Notes under the pieces: model-generated
The model's input: the letters and a program-made list of their open reading frames with translations, nothing else
The model's database searches: none
Told to the model about the DNA's origin: nothing
Position numbers and translations under genes: made by a program
IMG/VR virus record: IMGVR_UViG_3300037504_000379
DNA length: 64,000 nt
From: an uncultured virus (IMG/VR IMGVR_UViG_3300037504_000379)
Lineage: Duplodnaviria > Heunggongvirae > Uroviricota > Caudoviricetes > Crassvirales
Direction: 5' to 3' (one strand)
Part shown: positions 20,711 through 31,485 of the stretch, piece after piece
Position numbering within the stretch: position 1 is the first letter of the stretch
Layout: each line of letters begins with the position of its first letter

Positions 20711-21886
20711 TTACTGGTAATCTTCCGGTATCTCTCCCTTATCCTTCAACACATCAATCAATTGTTCTCTCCACTTTTCCTTCTTCACTCCTGCTGTTCG
20801 TAGCCCAAAATATTTACATACATTCTTTGCTTGCGTCTTATAATCATACTCAAAGAAGTTATCCAACAGATCAATATAGTCCACTTTCTTGCTTGCATGT
20901 TTTTCTTCTCTCTCTGTTGCAATGCCAAGCTCTGACTTTATGGAGTTAAGTATCTGCTCATTATCCATCAGATGATCAGCAAGCCTTGTCCTCCACGTAT
21001 CAATCGTTTTGCCTGTCAATCCAAGAATCTTACCCGCATGATCATTGCCTTCCTCGTTAAGCCAATATACACCCATCTTATTAGGTTTCATTGTCTCAAT
21101 ATCAATCAACCTTTCTTCGTATGCCTTCTGGATAATAGCCATAATCTCTACCATCGTTCCCATATTGCTATCTTCCATAAACTCCTTAATACCTCTGGCA
21201 GATGTTCTTCCTCGTTTCTTGGCATTCTCACCAGACATCACTTTATCTTTCAGTCTCTTAATAATTAAAGGAATATCTGTCTCTGCATTAACATCTTCTA
21301 CGCCCCATGCTTTAGCAACAACTCTCAGTTTAGACTCATCTTGTCGAAGTGGTGAGTTTTCTGAATAAAGCAAGAACTTAAACTCAACCTCGTCTCGTGA
21401 ATCTTCTACTTCTTTCTGTGCCTCGCTTCTCTCGTCAATCAAACAATAACTTACCTTTCTGCTATCATCCCCAAACCTGGGATGAACAAAATATAAAAAA
21501 AAAGCCAGTTCTTCATCATCAATGGTCTCATAAATTTTTCCGTCTCCGAACATTCTCCTAAGGCCTGAATACTTCCTTATATTTACTCGTCCGTTCTCTT
21601 CGTCTAAAGGCTCTTCACTATAAGCAAAATTAACTTTCTTAATTCTACCCTTTTCATCCGGTACATCTACCGTTCTTTCCAGCCTGACAAACTCTGTTCC
21701 CGTGGTGTTAATCTCCATACCATTAGTAGTGTACTGTGTTACAATCTTCTTTGGAGAAACCCTAAAAGTTACATTAAACCTGTTTTTGCTCGTACTCGCT
21801 TTCCATAGGCGATCAACAACCTCCTCATACTTCCTTTGCCAATACTCACTAGCCTCTTCTCTTCGTTTACCATCAATGTATAACAT
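20711..21886 (-). CDS. hypothetical protein in structural module
   Basis: 391-aa ORF with its own TAnnTTTG motif (21918-21925). Confidence 0.7.
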   Translation of the reverse strand: MLYIDGKRREEASEYWQRKYEEVVDRLWKASTSKNRFNVTFRVSPKKIVTQYTTNGMEINTTGTEFVRLERTVDVPDEKGRIKKVNFAYSEEPLDEENGRVNIRKYSGLRRMFGDGKIYETIDDEELAFFLYFVHPRFGDDSRKVSYCLIDERSEAQKEVEDSRDEVEFKFLLYSENSPLRQDESKLRVVAKAWGVEDVNAETDIPLIIKRLKDKVMSGENAKKRGRTSARGIKEFMEDSNMGTMVEIMAIIQKAYEERLIDIETMKPNKMGVYWLNEEGNDHAGKILGLTGKTIDTWRTRLADHLMDNEQILNSIKSELGIATEREEKHASKKVDYIDLLDNFFEYDYKTQAKNVCKYFGLRTAGVKKEKWREQLIDVLKDKGEIPEDYQ

Positions 21887-21954
21887 GCTATCAATTATTA
21901 ATTTAACGTTATCCCTACAAATATAAGAAATTCTAAATAAATGACTCTAAACAA

Positions 21955-21991
21955 CAAAAAGCCGTAAGATTTTATTTTCTTACGACTTTTG
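21955..21991 (-). terminator. terminator after major capsid gene
   Basis: AAAAAGCCGTAAGA / TCTTACGACTTTT inverted repeat with T-tails. Confidence 0.6.
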
Positions 21992-22015
21992 TATTTATGA
22001 GAAAATTATAATTCT

Positions 22016-23434
22016 CTACTCATCACGAACTTGCAGACAGAAATTAGCTCCCATCAAGAAAGCCAGTAACTTACTTCTGAAGAACCACTTATCTGAACTG
22101 TATTCAGAACTTACAGTACCTCTTTGTCTGGTCATACCAGGATACTGATTAATTATACGCTTCAGCGAAATATCACCCTTTTCCTCGTATCCAATACCAA
22201 TGTTATTATAAACATTACCACTAGAAGGATCAGCAATATTTTGTAGGGGCAGTAAAATACCACTATTATTAAGCGCATCACCAAACATTGTCGGGTCCGT
22301 AAAGGCTGTAAGAGGCTGATAAGCTATCATAATATCACCATGTTGAATAGCTTTAATATTAGACTTAACCGCCATCTCAGAATCACCTCCAAAAGCTGCA
22401 TCAACAAAACTGGTTCCTGAGTCATACTGTTGTATAAAGTCAAGACCTGCCTTATGAATCTTTCGCTTTAATCCACTACCACCAAACAGTGCCAGGTTCT
22501 TAGTCGTTACGCTCCAGCTCTCAAGGAAATTCTCAACCTCATCAAGATACTCCACGTCAAAGTCCAGTCCATAATCAAGCTTTCCACCAAGCTCATCAAT
22601 CCACTGCCAGTAACCTTTGGTAGAGTGATAAGAAACACTATTGCTCTCACCATCTGCTCCAGTAAGGCTATTATCGTTTTCTTCACCCATCAGAAGCTTC
22701 ATGTCTTCAGCGATATTCATTCGAGCCTCGGCCTCTAAGAAATGCTTATTCCATACAGAAGTATAACCATTTCTCTGCTTCTCAAACCAATATTCCTGAG
22801 CCATAGCATCACCTGTCAGGTAAACAGTATCTTTAGACTCAAATGGATAGAAAGACCGCTTAACCATCTGACTGGTCATACCGGCAGGTTGACCCATATT
22901 CTCGCCTGAGTTAATAGACCCAAGCATCACAACGGTTCCGATAGAAATATCATCAAGGTCTACATCCTGGAAGGGCTTCACTGTTATATCTACATCAGTA
23001 GTAGAGTTTTTAGTAATAGCCGTTACAAGTAATTCTGGCATTGTGCCATCAGCTTGCTTTATCCATGCAGACTGACCTACTCTTACAGGCACATTGCCAT
23101 TCTCATCCACATCATCCGTGGAAATTCTAAACTTAAGTTCAGTACCAGTAGATGACTGCGTGGTTGTTGGCCCCGCATCAGAGGCATGAACCTTAATATT
23201 TTTCTTTACTCTATTATCATTCTCATGCGCTACAAATGGATAATTACCCTTAACAGGAAACATCTTTCCCATCAATTCCATTGCCAAGCGCATAGTATTT
23301 TGTCCGTATTTATCGTAAAATACTTCAGCAATATTCGGAGTAGTGAAATAGTCAAAAAGTGAATCTACATAAGTAGGTTCATTTGACGCTGACGTTCCTG
23401 AATTTACTGCTGCACTTCCTGAAACAACACTCAT
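22016..23434 (-). CDS. major capsid protein
   Basis: 472 aa; follows a scaffold-like gene and precedes a terminator; crAss-like features (D.YG start, K....TGDA, KG.W..I...GG). Confidence 0.75.
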   Translation of the reverse strand: MSVVSGSAAVNSGTSASNEPTYVDSLFDYFTTPNIAEVFYDKYGQNTMRLAMELMGKMFPVKGNYPFVAHENDNRVKKNIKVHASDAGPTTTQSSTGTELKFRISTDDVDENGNVPVRVGQSAWIKQADGTMPELLVTAITKNSTTDVDITVKPFQDVDLDDISIGTVVMLGSINSGENMGQPAGMTSQMVKRSFYPFESKDTVYLTGDAMAQEYWFEKQRNGYTSVWNKHFLEAEARMNIAEDMKLLMGEENDNSLTGADGESNSVSYHSTKGYWQWIDELGGKLDYGLDFDVEYLDEVENFLESWSVTTKNLALFGGSGLKRKIHKAGLDFIQQYDSGTSFVDAAFGGDSEMAVKSNIKAIQHGDIMIAYQPLTAFTDPTMFGDALNNSGILLPLQNIADPSSGNVYNNIGIGYEEKGDISLKRIINQYPGMTRQRGTVSSEYSSDKWFFRSKLLAFLMGANFCLQVRDE

Positions 23435-23447
23435 ATCTTAATATTTT

Positions 23448-24692
23448 TTAGCGTTTAATACTAGTTGTCCGCAAAGACTTTAATGCCTTGTCCTCCTGCT
23501 CTTTATTGTACGTCTCTGAATCAGAAGGCCCTTGACGTTCTGTGCGGTTATTCTCTTTGGGATTATGATTTTCTTTGTAATTTTGCTCTTGAATCCTTGT
23601 CGTTATAGACTCCTCAAGATCATCAATAATCTTATCCCTTTTATTATTGAAGTAAACATTCTTCAAATAAGTAACCACTTCATCAAAATTCTGATTACTG
23701 GAATTAGGATCATACTTAGAGGCTAGGTGTCGAGCCAGGTGATCGTTTTCTTTGAGCCAATCTTTGAACCCTTTGTCGATCTCATACTCGTAACCATTCT
23801 TGCCAATCGTAATCTTATCCAGCTTCTCATCTATGATTTTTTCCGCTTGCGGACGAAATTGTTCTATCTTTTGTTTGTATTGTTCTTCAACATCAACCTT
23901 CTCCGGTGTCTGAACATCTGCCATCTGCTTCAGGCTATCTCTTGCTTTCTTTGCATCAGCTTGTTTTTTAAACTGATTCATCTGAAGCATCTGCTTAGTC
24001 TGCTCATCCATGTCCTCCTCGTCAATATTCTGGCTCAATCCATATTGATTGTTAATAATCTGCTTAAGCATCTGATCATTGCCTGCATAATACGGATTTT
24101 CCATTTGCTCCTTAAAGGCTAAAACATCATCATCTGACATCTGGTCGAAGTCTGTGGTGGCAAGTCGTATCGCCATATCATCAGACATTCCCTCATTTTT
24201 CTTTAATATCTCATTAGCCTTAAGCAACTTCTTACTTGCAAAACTCTTATAAGGATCACCAATGCTCTTTAACGCCTCGTTTTTTTGTTGCAATTGAGAC
24301 TCGTATTCGCTCACCTTATCTTTATAAGATGTAAGATTTTTTACATCTTCCAGCGATTTAAATTGAGTGCCTAAATCTTTATTTAGACGACCCAGAATAG
24401 CTTCTTCTGTCAACGTTGATTCATCAGTCAGCTTTTTATTTTCATTCGGTTTTTGAACTTCTGTCAGCCCATCACCGGAGTCTTTTTTACCAGTGTCTCC
24501 TTCACTGTTTACTTCCTCTTTATTTTGTGCAGAAGCCGCCTGCTGATTTTTGTCAGACGACTTCGTTTCTGTGCCAACACTTACGCTATCTGGTTGGTCA
24601 GATTTGTTCTGTTCTTTATCCTGTACAGCCTGCTTCTCCTTTTCTGCTGCACTTATTGCTCCCTCATTCTGCAATGCCTGTTCTAAACCCAT
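23448..24692 (-). CDS. scaffolding-like protein
   Basis: Acidic low-complexity N-terminus, helical; immediately upstream of the capsid gene. Confidence 0.6.
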   Translation of the reverse strand: MGLEQALQNEGAISAAEKEKQAVQDKEQNKSDQPDSVSVGTETKSSDKNQQAASAQNKEEVNSEGDTGKKDSGDGLTEVQKPNENKKLTDESTLTEEAILGRLNKDLGTQFKSLEDVKNLTSYKDKVSEYESQLQQKNEALKSIGDPYKSFASKKLLKANEILKKNEGMSDDMAIRLATTDFDQMSDDDVLAFKEQMENPYYAGNDQMLKQIINNQYGLSQNIDEEDMDEQTKQMLQMNQFKKQADAKKARDSLKQMADVQTPEKVDVEEQYKQKIEQFRPQAEKIIDEKLDKITIGKNGYEYEIDKGFKDWLKENDHLARHLASKYDPNSSNQNFDEVVTYLKNVYFNNKRDKIIDDLEESITTRIQEQNYKENHNPKENNRTERQGPSDSETYNKEQEDKALKSLRTTSIKR

Positions 24693-24746
24693 AACTATCT
24701 TTGTTTTCGTTTACAAATATAAATGTTTAAAATATACGTATTTTGC

Positions 24747-24911
24747 CTATTCTTCTTTAGGCTTTTCTTTTACCTTGTCTTCGCTCATAAGGTCTTCAAG
24801 AACGCCAATAGCTCCTTTGAGACGTTCTATGTTTCTCCCCAAAGCATCAAACCTTTGGCGTTGTTCCTGAAGTTCCCTCTTTAATTCATCCCTCTTTTTC
24901 TCAAGATTCAT
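24747..24911 (-). CDS. small coiled-coil protein (54 aa)
   Basis: Hand-translated MNLEKKRDELKRELQEQRQRFDALGRNIERLKGAIGVLEDL... Confidence 0.6.
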   Translation of the reverse strand: MNLEKKRDELKRELQEQRQRFDALGRNIERLKGAIGVLEDLMSEDKVKEKPKEE

Positions 24912-25179
24912 TCTTACTCCCTTTTTGGAGTTGTCCTGCCAAGCCTTTAATAGCAGTAATATCTTTCAGGGCCTTAGGTGTAGCCGAATAAAGCAAAAAT
25001 ATAAATACTATTGCCACAAACCCCCAATCCTGAAAGTTACCACCAACATAAAGCTGTCCCGCTACAATCAAAAAAGCCATAAAAAGAGCTATAATAGACT
25101 TTAATCTATCACTACTCTTCTCAACTAATCCTGCTTCCTTGTTGTACGTCTCACAATAACCAATCTTCTTCTGTTCCAT
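24901..25179 (-). CDS. two-TM membrane protein (holin-like)
   Basis: KSSDRL followed by two hydrophobic helices. Confidence 0.6.
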   Translation of the reverse strand: MEQKKIGYCETYNKEAGLVEKSSDRLKSIIALFMAFLIVAGQLYVGGNFQDWGFVAIVFIFLLYSATPKALKDITAIKGLAGQLQKGSKNES

Positions 25180-25183
25180 TTTT

Positions 25184-26173
25184 CTATCGTTTTTGTATTT
25201 GATAAATTTTTAAACCTGCCTCATTGTCTGCAACATAAATATACGTACCATCGTACCAAACTCCACGCCCCTCATCTCCCAAATTAACCGGAGTAACTAT
25301 ATTATCATAAGGGTATGTTCTTTCTCTCACATAAACTTTGGAACCTGTGCTATATATTCGATCATCAACATAAACATCATATAGATTCTCTGTCGTTATT
25401 GTTGTGTCTGTATTCCACGTGTAAAAAACTTGAAATTCTTCGTCAAGTCCCCAATATAATACCGAATAATCTTGAGCTGCATAGTAAACAGTATCCCCTT
25501 GCGTAAGACCCAATCCCGCATTTGTCTGTGTTGACACAGTCTTATATTCTCCCCCCGTAAAAGCCGTGTCATACTGCTCGAATTTTGATGTAGAAATAGC
25601 AACTATAGTATCATTCGCATACACATCGTTGCCTCCGGTTGCACTGTGAGTTAACGTACCTTCGTTGTTTGTGAATGAACTTAGATCGCTACGTAAACTA
25701 TCCCTACCATCGAAATACCTAACAGTCTTACTGGCAGATCGACTTATAGCATACACATAAGTTCCATTCCCCCAAACTTCAACAAACTCAGTCCCGCTTA
25801 ACCCTGCATAATCTAACTGCGTATAAGAACTACCATTAAAAGTCAAAAGCCTCAATCCTAAGCCTGTTGCTGCATATATCCTACCGTCATTATAATACAA
25901 CCCCCTATTAATATTGCTTGTGGTATATTTCCCTTCTTGTGTAATAGTAGAACCATTAAAACTATAAGCAATAATGGAATCATCTACTCCAACATGTATA
26001 TAAGTGCCATCAAAACAGACATCATAACACTGATCTCCACCGCTAACCATATCTAAAGAACCAACTAATATTAGTGTATCAACTTCTCCTCTTTCTTCCA
26101 CCATCATAAACGGCACTTGTCCGCTTACCTGAAACCCTACAAATATTAATAATATCGTTATTAACTTTCTCAT
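25184..26173 (-). CDS. signal-peptide-bearing LVIVD-like beta-propeller protein
   Basis: MRKLITILLIFVGFQVSGQ; repeats DGTYIHVG, GNGTYVYA, DGTYIYVADNEAGLKIY. Confidence 0.7.
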   Translation of the reverse strand: MRKLITILLIFVGFQVSGQVPFMMVEERGEVDTLILVGSLDMVSGGDQCYDVCFDGTYIHVGVDDSIIAYSFNGSTITQEGKYTTSNINRGLYYNDGRIYAATGLGLRLLTFNGSSYTQLDYAGLSGTEFVEVWGNGTYVYAISRSASKTVRYFDGRDSLRSDLSSFTNNEGTLTHSATGGNDVYANDTIVAISTSKFEQYDTAFTGGEYKTVSTQTNAGLGLTQGDTVYYAAQDYSVLYWGLDEEFQVFYTWNTDTTITTENLYDVYVDDRIYSTGSKVYVRERTYPYDNIVTPVNLGDEGRGVWYDGTYIYVADNEAGLKIYQIQKR

Positions 26174-27891
26174 AAGTCACTCAAATTTTGTATTTCTGTT
26201 ATTACCATTCTGCTGTTCATATCATTGTAGAAACAACTTAAAACAGTATAATCATTTGCATCTGAATCAATCGTAACCGACCCCCCAGATGCCTGCCAGC
26301 TTGAAGCCGCCCAGCTTACAGTTCTACCCCCTGTTGCATCTTGTTTCAAAACTATGATATAAGTGCCCGTTGTGGCATTAGAATAATCAAGCGTTACATC
26401 ACCTGTCATGGTAAGTTCAAATACCGATGCTGTTGACAAATCAAAAGTAACTGTCCCTGATGTTGACTGAGAATTTTCCACAAACTCAATATTATCACTC
26501 ATCTTAACTGAATTGACAATATCTAATTTTGCTGTATCCGCCTTAATATTACCGCTCACTTCTAACTTTTCAGAAGGTGAAGTTGTTCCTATTCCTACGT
26601 TGCCAGTTGCATCAATCCGCATCCTTTCAGTGTAATCAGTACCAAACCTTAAAGGTTCAGCACTTCTTGTGCGCATATAAAAACCTGCTGATGTGTGAAA
26701 AAGTTCTGTTTCTGATGTTAATGAACTTCGTAAAATCAAGAAAGGTGCATTATCTTCAATTACAAGTGTATTATAACTACTGTTTGTCTGATTTGTGGGG
26801 GTTGTTGTCCCTATTCCTACGTTGCCGCTAAAATACGAATCTCCTGTTCCATCTACTTGTAATTCGTTGTCTAATTGTAAGTTGCCAACACCTACAAAAA
26901 CAGGATCACCGTAGAGAGTCAACTGATTATATGTGTTATCAGATTGGTCAAACGCCCGTATAACTCCAGCATCACCGCCAGCAGTGGCATATAACTCAAC
27001 ACCCTTGCCTGATGTTGGTTGATTATTGTTTCCTGTTATTTGTACAAAATTAGGTGTACTATTACCCTGATCCGTCACATTTTGCAGGGTTGACTGGTGT
27101 GGGTTTGAAGTATTTGAAAAGTGGGAATAAGAAGTCCTCACCAAATTACTGTCCTGCTCATAATTATATATAGAATCCCTAACCGAAGACTTAAAAACAG
27201 GATCAGTTTCTGTACCTCCTCCATTAGCATCTACATAAGCTTTTATAGCTGACTCGGAAACAGCCGTTGTTGTGGAACTATCCGTAAAATTTTCATCTGT
27301 TGAAAACTCATTAAAGATAGTACCGTTTTTCAAAAGTATATCCCTGTCTGTTTCTATTGTCAAAGCAGGCATATCATCTATTGACAACCTCAAAGGTCTT
27401 GTGGTTCCCGTTCCCTCCGAAGTTGAATTAATTCGATTAGCCGTATCAGTTGCCTCCAGTTCAATTGCATCATAATTTGTAGTGTTTACATTATCCGAAA
27501 CAGTAAGCCTTGCCGTGGTAGCTGATCCAGTAGGATGAAGAAACAATTCGCTTGCCACATTAGCTCCCGCATTTGTCAAGGTCAACCTATCAAGACCGCC
27601 TTCTGTTTCATTCTGAAAAAGCCAATCTTGATCAACCTTTACCTGTCCACGTAAATCGCTATTACCTGAAACAATAAAGTTATCCTTGATAAATCGGTAA
27701 CCTAGACTATCATTCGTAACAATAATTAATGTATCGCCATTATAATGTAATGCTGCTGTATCTTTTGCATCCATGCTTACAAAATATCTTACACCATAAA
27801 AAGGCTGTACTCCACTGTCAGGTATAGTGTCTTGTCCCCAAAGAGAAAAACCAAACAAAATAAACCCAATTAATAATAATATCCTTCTCAT
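26170..27891 (-). CDS. tail-fibre-like protein with N-terminal signal peptide
   Basis: GNVGIGTTTP and GNVGIGTTSPSEKLEVSG repeats, ETDPVF, QDATGGRTV; N-terminus MRRILLLIGFILFGFSLWGQ. Confidence 0.7.
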   Translation of the reverse strand: MRRILLLIGFILFGFSLWGQDTIPDSGVQPFYGVRYFVSMDAKDTAALHYNGDTLIIVTNDSLGYRFIKDNFIVSGNSDLRGQVKVDQDWLFQNETEGGLDRLTLTNAGANVASELFLHPTGSATTARLTVSDNVNTTNYDAIELEATDTANRINSTSEGTGTTRPLRLSIDDMPALTIETDRDILLKNGTIFNEFSTDENFTDSSTTTAVSESAIKAYVDANGGGTETDPVFKSSVRDSIYNYEQDSNLVRTSYSHFSNTSNPHQSTLQNVTDQGNSTPNFVQITGNNNQPTSGKGVELYATAGGDAGVIRAFDQSDNTYNQLTLYGDPVFVGVGNLQLDNELQVDGTGDSYFSGNVGIGTTTPTNQTNSSYNTLVIEDNAPFLILRSSLTSETELFHTSAGFYMRTRSAEPLRFGTDYTERMRIDATGNVGIGTTSPSEKLEVSGNIKADTAKLDIVNSVKMSDNIEFVENSQSTSGTVTFDLSTASVFELTMTGDVTLDYSNATTGTYIIVLKQDATGGRTVSWAASSWQASGGSVTIDSDANDYTVLSCFYNDMNSRMVITEIQNLSDL

Positions 27892-28511
27892 ACCATCCTT
27901 AAATTAAATTGTGTACTATCATTATATGGGACTTGTAACGTAATCTGTGCATTTAAGGTGTCTGTAAAATTAACGGCATAATTACTGTCACTTATACGCC
28001 TACCTCCCTGTTCCAATACCGTCAATACATATTTTACTCCAAGTCCATGATTTACATTTTTCGACCTATTCGTTAAATCTGCCCCTGTAAAAGATTCTGT
28101 ATAATCCTTAACAATTGCATTAGCATATATCCTATCATTATCATCATCATATACAAAGGTAACATTTCCAAATGAACCGTCATCCAGTATATTCCCAACC
28201 TCGTCCTGTATTTCCTCCCCACTCCAGTGCGCTTCTTGATCATTGGAGTGATTATAAGCCCAATTACTGCTAATTGGCTCATTAACCTCCCCTTCAACTG
28301 GAACATTATCAATACCAAGCGACAAGTCCGCATACGTATACTCAAACCGAGTAACATCTTCCTTTATAATCGTAAAGTTACCTATGTCGGCAAAATCAAT
28401 CCTTCTCCATACATAAATGCCATCATCATAATATAACAATAATAACTGATCTGTACTTTTATGTGTTGCAACAGAAGGAATGTTATTTACACTTGTTGCC
28501 TCTGTCCTCAT
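27888..28511 (-). CDS. putative structural / tail-associated protein
   Basis: PISSNWAYNH, EEIQDEVG and VNHGLG motifs of the kind seen in fibre-associated proteins. Confidence 0.55.
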   Translation of the reverse strand: MRTEATSVNNIPSVATHKSTDQLLLLYYDDGIYVWRRIDFADIGNFTIIKEDVTRFEYTYADLSLGIDNVPVEGEVNEPISSNWAYNHSNDQEAHWSGEEIQDEVGNILDDGSFGNVTFVYDDDNDRIYANAIVKDYTESFTGADLTNRSKNVNHGLGVKYVLTVLEQGGRRISDSNYAVNFTDTLNAQITLQVPYNDSTQFNLRMV

Positions 28512-28512
28512 A

Positions 28513-29085
28513 CTAATCTTTTGGTATAATATCTAATGCTTGCTGTCGAGTAATTCCTATCCTTTCCAATGCTTCATCTGTCAATCTTGTCTCTATTGTA
28601 TTCCTTAAATTTGCCCTACCTTGCTTAATAATGTTTTGAGAAAAAGAACTGTCAAGAGGTAAATCTGTTCCCAGCTTATTACGTAAAGCATCATAAGAAT
28701 ACGCTCCTCTTTCATAAAAACTCTCCGGTAAATTAGTAGAAACAGGATCACCAGGAGCAACATACCCGCCTTCACCAAGAGATTGTATTTGATTTAATGT
28801 CTTTTGATCAACATTAACCTTATTCGGATTCTTTAATGCTCTCTCAACAACATCTCTTTTAAGCTTATACTGATCTCCTTTGCGAACATAATAAGACTCA
28901 CTAGCACCTGTAGCCTCTTTGTCAAACTTCCTAAGCTCATCAACCAAAGCCACAACCTTATCCATTGTCATGCTGGTTCGTGAACCAATCCCCTTCATTT
29001 TTTCACCATAAAGCTCTTTCGTTGGATCAAAACCTTGACTCTTAATTTCCTGGAGCCTCATATATTGTTCCGTAAATATTCCCAT
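28513..29085 (-). CDS. hypothetical protein
   Basis: 190-aa ORF after the portal gene. Confidence 0.65.
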   Translation of the reverse strand: MGIFTEQYMRLQEIKSQGFDPTKELYGEKMKGIGSRTSMTMDKVVALVDELRKFDKEATGASESYYVRKGDQYKLKRDVVERALKNPNKVNVDQKTLNQIQSLGEGGYVAPGDPVSTNLPESFYERGAYSYDALRNKLGTDLPLDSSFSQNIIKQGRANLRNTIETRLTDEALERIGITRQQALDIIPKD

Positions 29086-29087
29086 AA

Positions 29088-31436
29088 TTATTGTTTTTGT
29101 AGTTCTAATGCTTTAAGACTACTTTCAGCCTGAAGCTTTTGCTCATCAGAGGCCAATCTTGCCAGAAGCTCTTCAAGGTCTTTGTTCGCCTTCAGCTTTT
29201 CTTCTGCTATCTTACCCCGAATCTCCATCTGCGTCTTCTTAAGCTCATGCTGATTATTGACCTGCGTCTTAGCCATTTCCTGCTTAAATTTCTGAGCATT
29301 TTGTTGCATCGTATGTCTATTAGCCTGCTCCTGTGTCAATAACGCATAACGTCTTTGTTCCTCTTTACGTTTCCTTATCTTATAAGAAAGCTTCAATCGT
29401 ACATCCTTAAGATTAGCACCATGCATTAGCTCACCCCGTATCATAAGAGCCTCGTCTGCCTCAAGAAGTGGCTGTCCATCCTTACCAGCACCCATAGACT
29501 GACTAACCATTGTATAAAGTTCCTGTATTTCTTGCTGTGTTGGTCTTGGCTCAAAATGAATACCAAATCTAGCTCCTCGCTTAGTAGCCATCCTCAAAAC
29601 ATCAACATCTTTCTCGCCAACAACTTGTGCATAAGACTTCCTTGCCTGCTCATTATACCTAACACGAAGCTGTATTTTATACATAACTGCCCTGGCAAGC
29701 TCTCCCTTCAAATCCATGATAGACTGTACAAGTGGACGTATAACGTTCTGACTACCTCTTATACTCATCTGGGTAGTACCAACCTGAGCCTCCTTTTGTG
29801 GCTGTGCCCCCATAGCAACATCACTAATACCAGCTATGTGTTCTATCATCTGTATAGCCCACTGTATCTTCTGTATCCCTTCTGGCAGGTTGTTTTTCAT
29901 ACCACCCATTATCTCTTGTATGGGTCGTACAGCTCCACCTTCATAACCTTCTCCTGTGGACAAATCCCAATCAGAATAAAACCAGTAACCTGTCTCAATA
30001 CCCATCTTAACAAGCTCTTTGGGATCAGCTTTTTCCCCTCCAAGATTAACATTCTCAAGCAACCTTGTATTAATAGAATAACCACTGTTGGCAGCCATAG
30101 CTTGAGCATTCTGAAACTTAAACCAGGCTATTGCCATCTGATCATAGATAGGCTTTAGTCTTTCAGTAATAGGCTTTTCTGTAATAAACATAACCCTATA
30201 AGGAAGTCTTACATCTTTCCCTTTCTGTCTATCCTGATCATAAGCCTTACCATAATCAAACACTCTCTCGCTACCTAAAACCCACTTACCCTCATAAACA
30301 AATCGTTTCCTGGTAACTCTTATTTTATCATTATTATTCTTAGATTCTTTACCATACTCTGTTGGAATTATCCGCTTCTTACCATAACGATTAACATGTT
30401 CTTTCGCATAGGTGTCCTCAAAGTCTATATACGTTCCCTCAAGTACAGAAATCCTAAAATTACTTATGTCCTCAAAGGAAATGTTCCCTCTCAGACTATT
30501 CCAATAACCCCAACCAGGATTACCCATCTGATCAACATACATCTTGGCATACTCGATAAGCTCATCCAGATTATCTATCTTAGTTCCAAGTTCTGAAATA
30601 GTCCATTGCTTTATTTGAAAAGCAAAATCTATATCTCGAAAATCATCATACTTTGAATATTGACAGGTGAAATCCATAACATCCACCCAATCCATCTTAA
30701 TCTCTTCGGTATCTACATCTTCCGTCTGGTATCCAACAACATAACCACAATCTGTAGCATCATCAATCCACTTTTTCTTCAACTGCTCATAACCACTTAT
30801 TTTAAAAGTATGATCAACAAGCTTCTCCATAGCTTTGGCAAAGTTGAGCTTAAACCCTCCGCTAGCTTCATAAAGGTCAAGCTCTGCCTCATCAGTAGGG
30901 AAAAAATCAAATCTTTCTTTTACCCCTGCCTTCTTTTGTAACTTGGCTATCTGATCCGCAAACTTAAGCCGTGTCTCCAACTCAAGCTTCATGTCTTTCA
31001 TCATCATTCCGCTATCCTCATCTATCGGATAACCAATAACATCTTGCTCCATATCCCTAAAAGTACCATGAAGGTGATCTCTTACCTTAGGAGCGTAACT
31101 AATAGGATTATTAAAATCTATATTAGCCCAACCTTCACGTCTCTGCTTTGCAAGCTCCCTGCCGCCAGACACTCCATCAACATTGGAGTCTTCATGATTT
31201 ATAAGCAAATTCTCATAATACTGTGTAGGTTGATTACCTTCACCATATTGCCTGTTTAATTCAAACCTTGCATGATCAGCAGGAGTTATAGCCGTCTTAC
31301 CATTACAATAAGCAGAATACATAGCCTGAAGTGTTGCAAGCGTATATTCTTTCTCTTTCTTTTTCTCCGGTGAAACATTCGCATCAGGAAACTTATAACC
31401 ATGTCCTGTATATTCGTCAACTAAATATGCTAGCAT
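29088..31436 (-). CDS. portal protein
   Basis: 782 aa, next to terminase, C-terminal coiled coil, crAss-like N-terminus (FPD....EKK). Confidence 0.8.
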   Translation of the reverse strand: MLAYLVDEYTGHGYKFPDANVSPEKKKEKEYTLATLQAMYSAYCNGKTAITPADHARFELNRQYGEGNQPTQYYENLLINHEDSNVDGVSGGRELAKQRREGWANIDFNNPISYAPKVRDHLHGTFRDMEQDVIGYPIDEDSGMMMKDMKLELETRLKFADQIAKLQKKAGVKERFDFFPTDEAELDLYEASGGFKLNFAKAMEKLVDHTFKISGYEQLKKKWIDDATDCGYVVGYQTEDVDTEEIKMDWVDVMDFTCQYSKYDDFRDIDFAFQIKQWTISELGTKIDNLDELIEYAKMYVDQMGNPGWGYWNSLRGNISFEDISNFRISVLEGTYIDFEDTYAKEHVNRYGKKRIIPTEYGKESKNNNDKIRVTRKRFVYEGKWVLGSERVFDYGKAYDQDRQKGKDVRLPYRVMFITEKPITERLKPIYDQMAIAWFKFQNAQAMAANSGYSINTRLLENVNLGGEKADPKELVKMGIETGYWFYSDWDLSTGEGYEGGAVRPIQEIMGGMKNNLPEGIQKIQWAIQMIEHIAGISDVAMGAQPQKEAQVGTTQMSIRGSQNVIRPLVQSIMDLKGELARAVMYKIQLRVRYNEQARKSYAQVVGEKDVDVLRMATKRGARFGIHFEPRPTQQEIQELYTMVSQSMGAGKDGQPLLEADEALMIRGELMHGANLKDVRLKLSYKIRKRKEEQRRYALLTQEQANRHTMQQNAQKFKQEMAKTQVNNQHELKKTQMEIRGKIAEEKLKANKDLEELLARLASDEQKLQAESSLKALELQKQ

Positions 31437-31485
31437 ACCTTTTCAATTTGTTACAAATTTAATCAATTCAGACTTTTACATTTTA

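Noticed and set aside
26500..26830. Repeated GNVGIGTT coding segments as a DGR template/variable repeat pair
   Set aside because: Short protein-level repeats; no reverse transcriptase and no adenine-specific variation.
29532..30158. 208-aa plus-strand ORF and other antisense ORFs over the structural genes
   Set aside because: Shadow frames of long minus-strand genes with no motifs.
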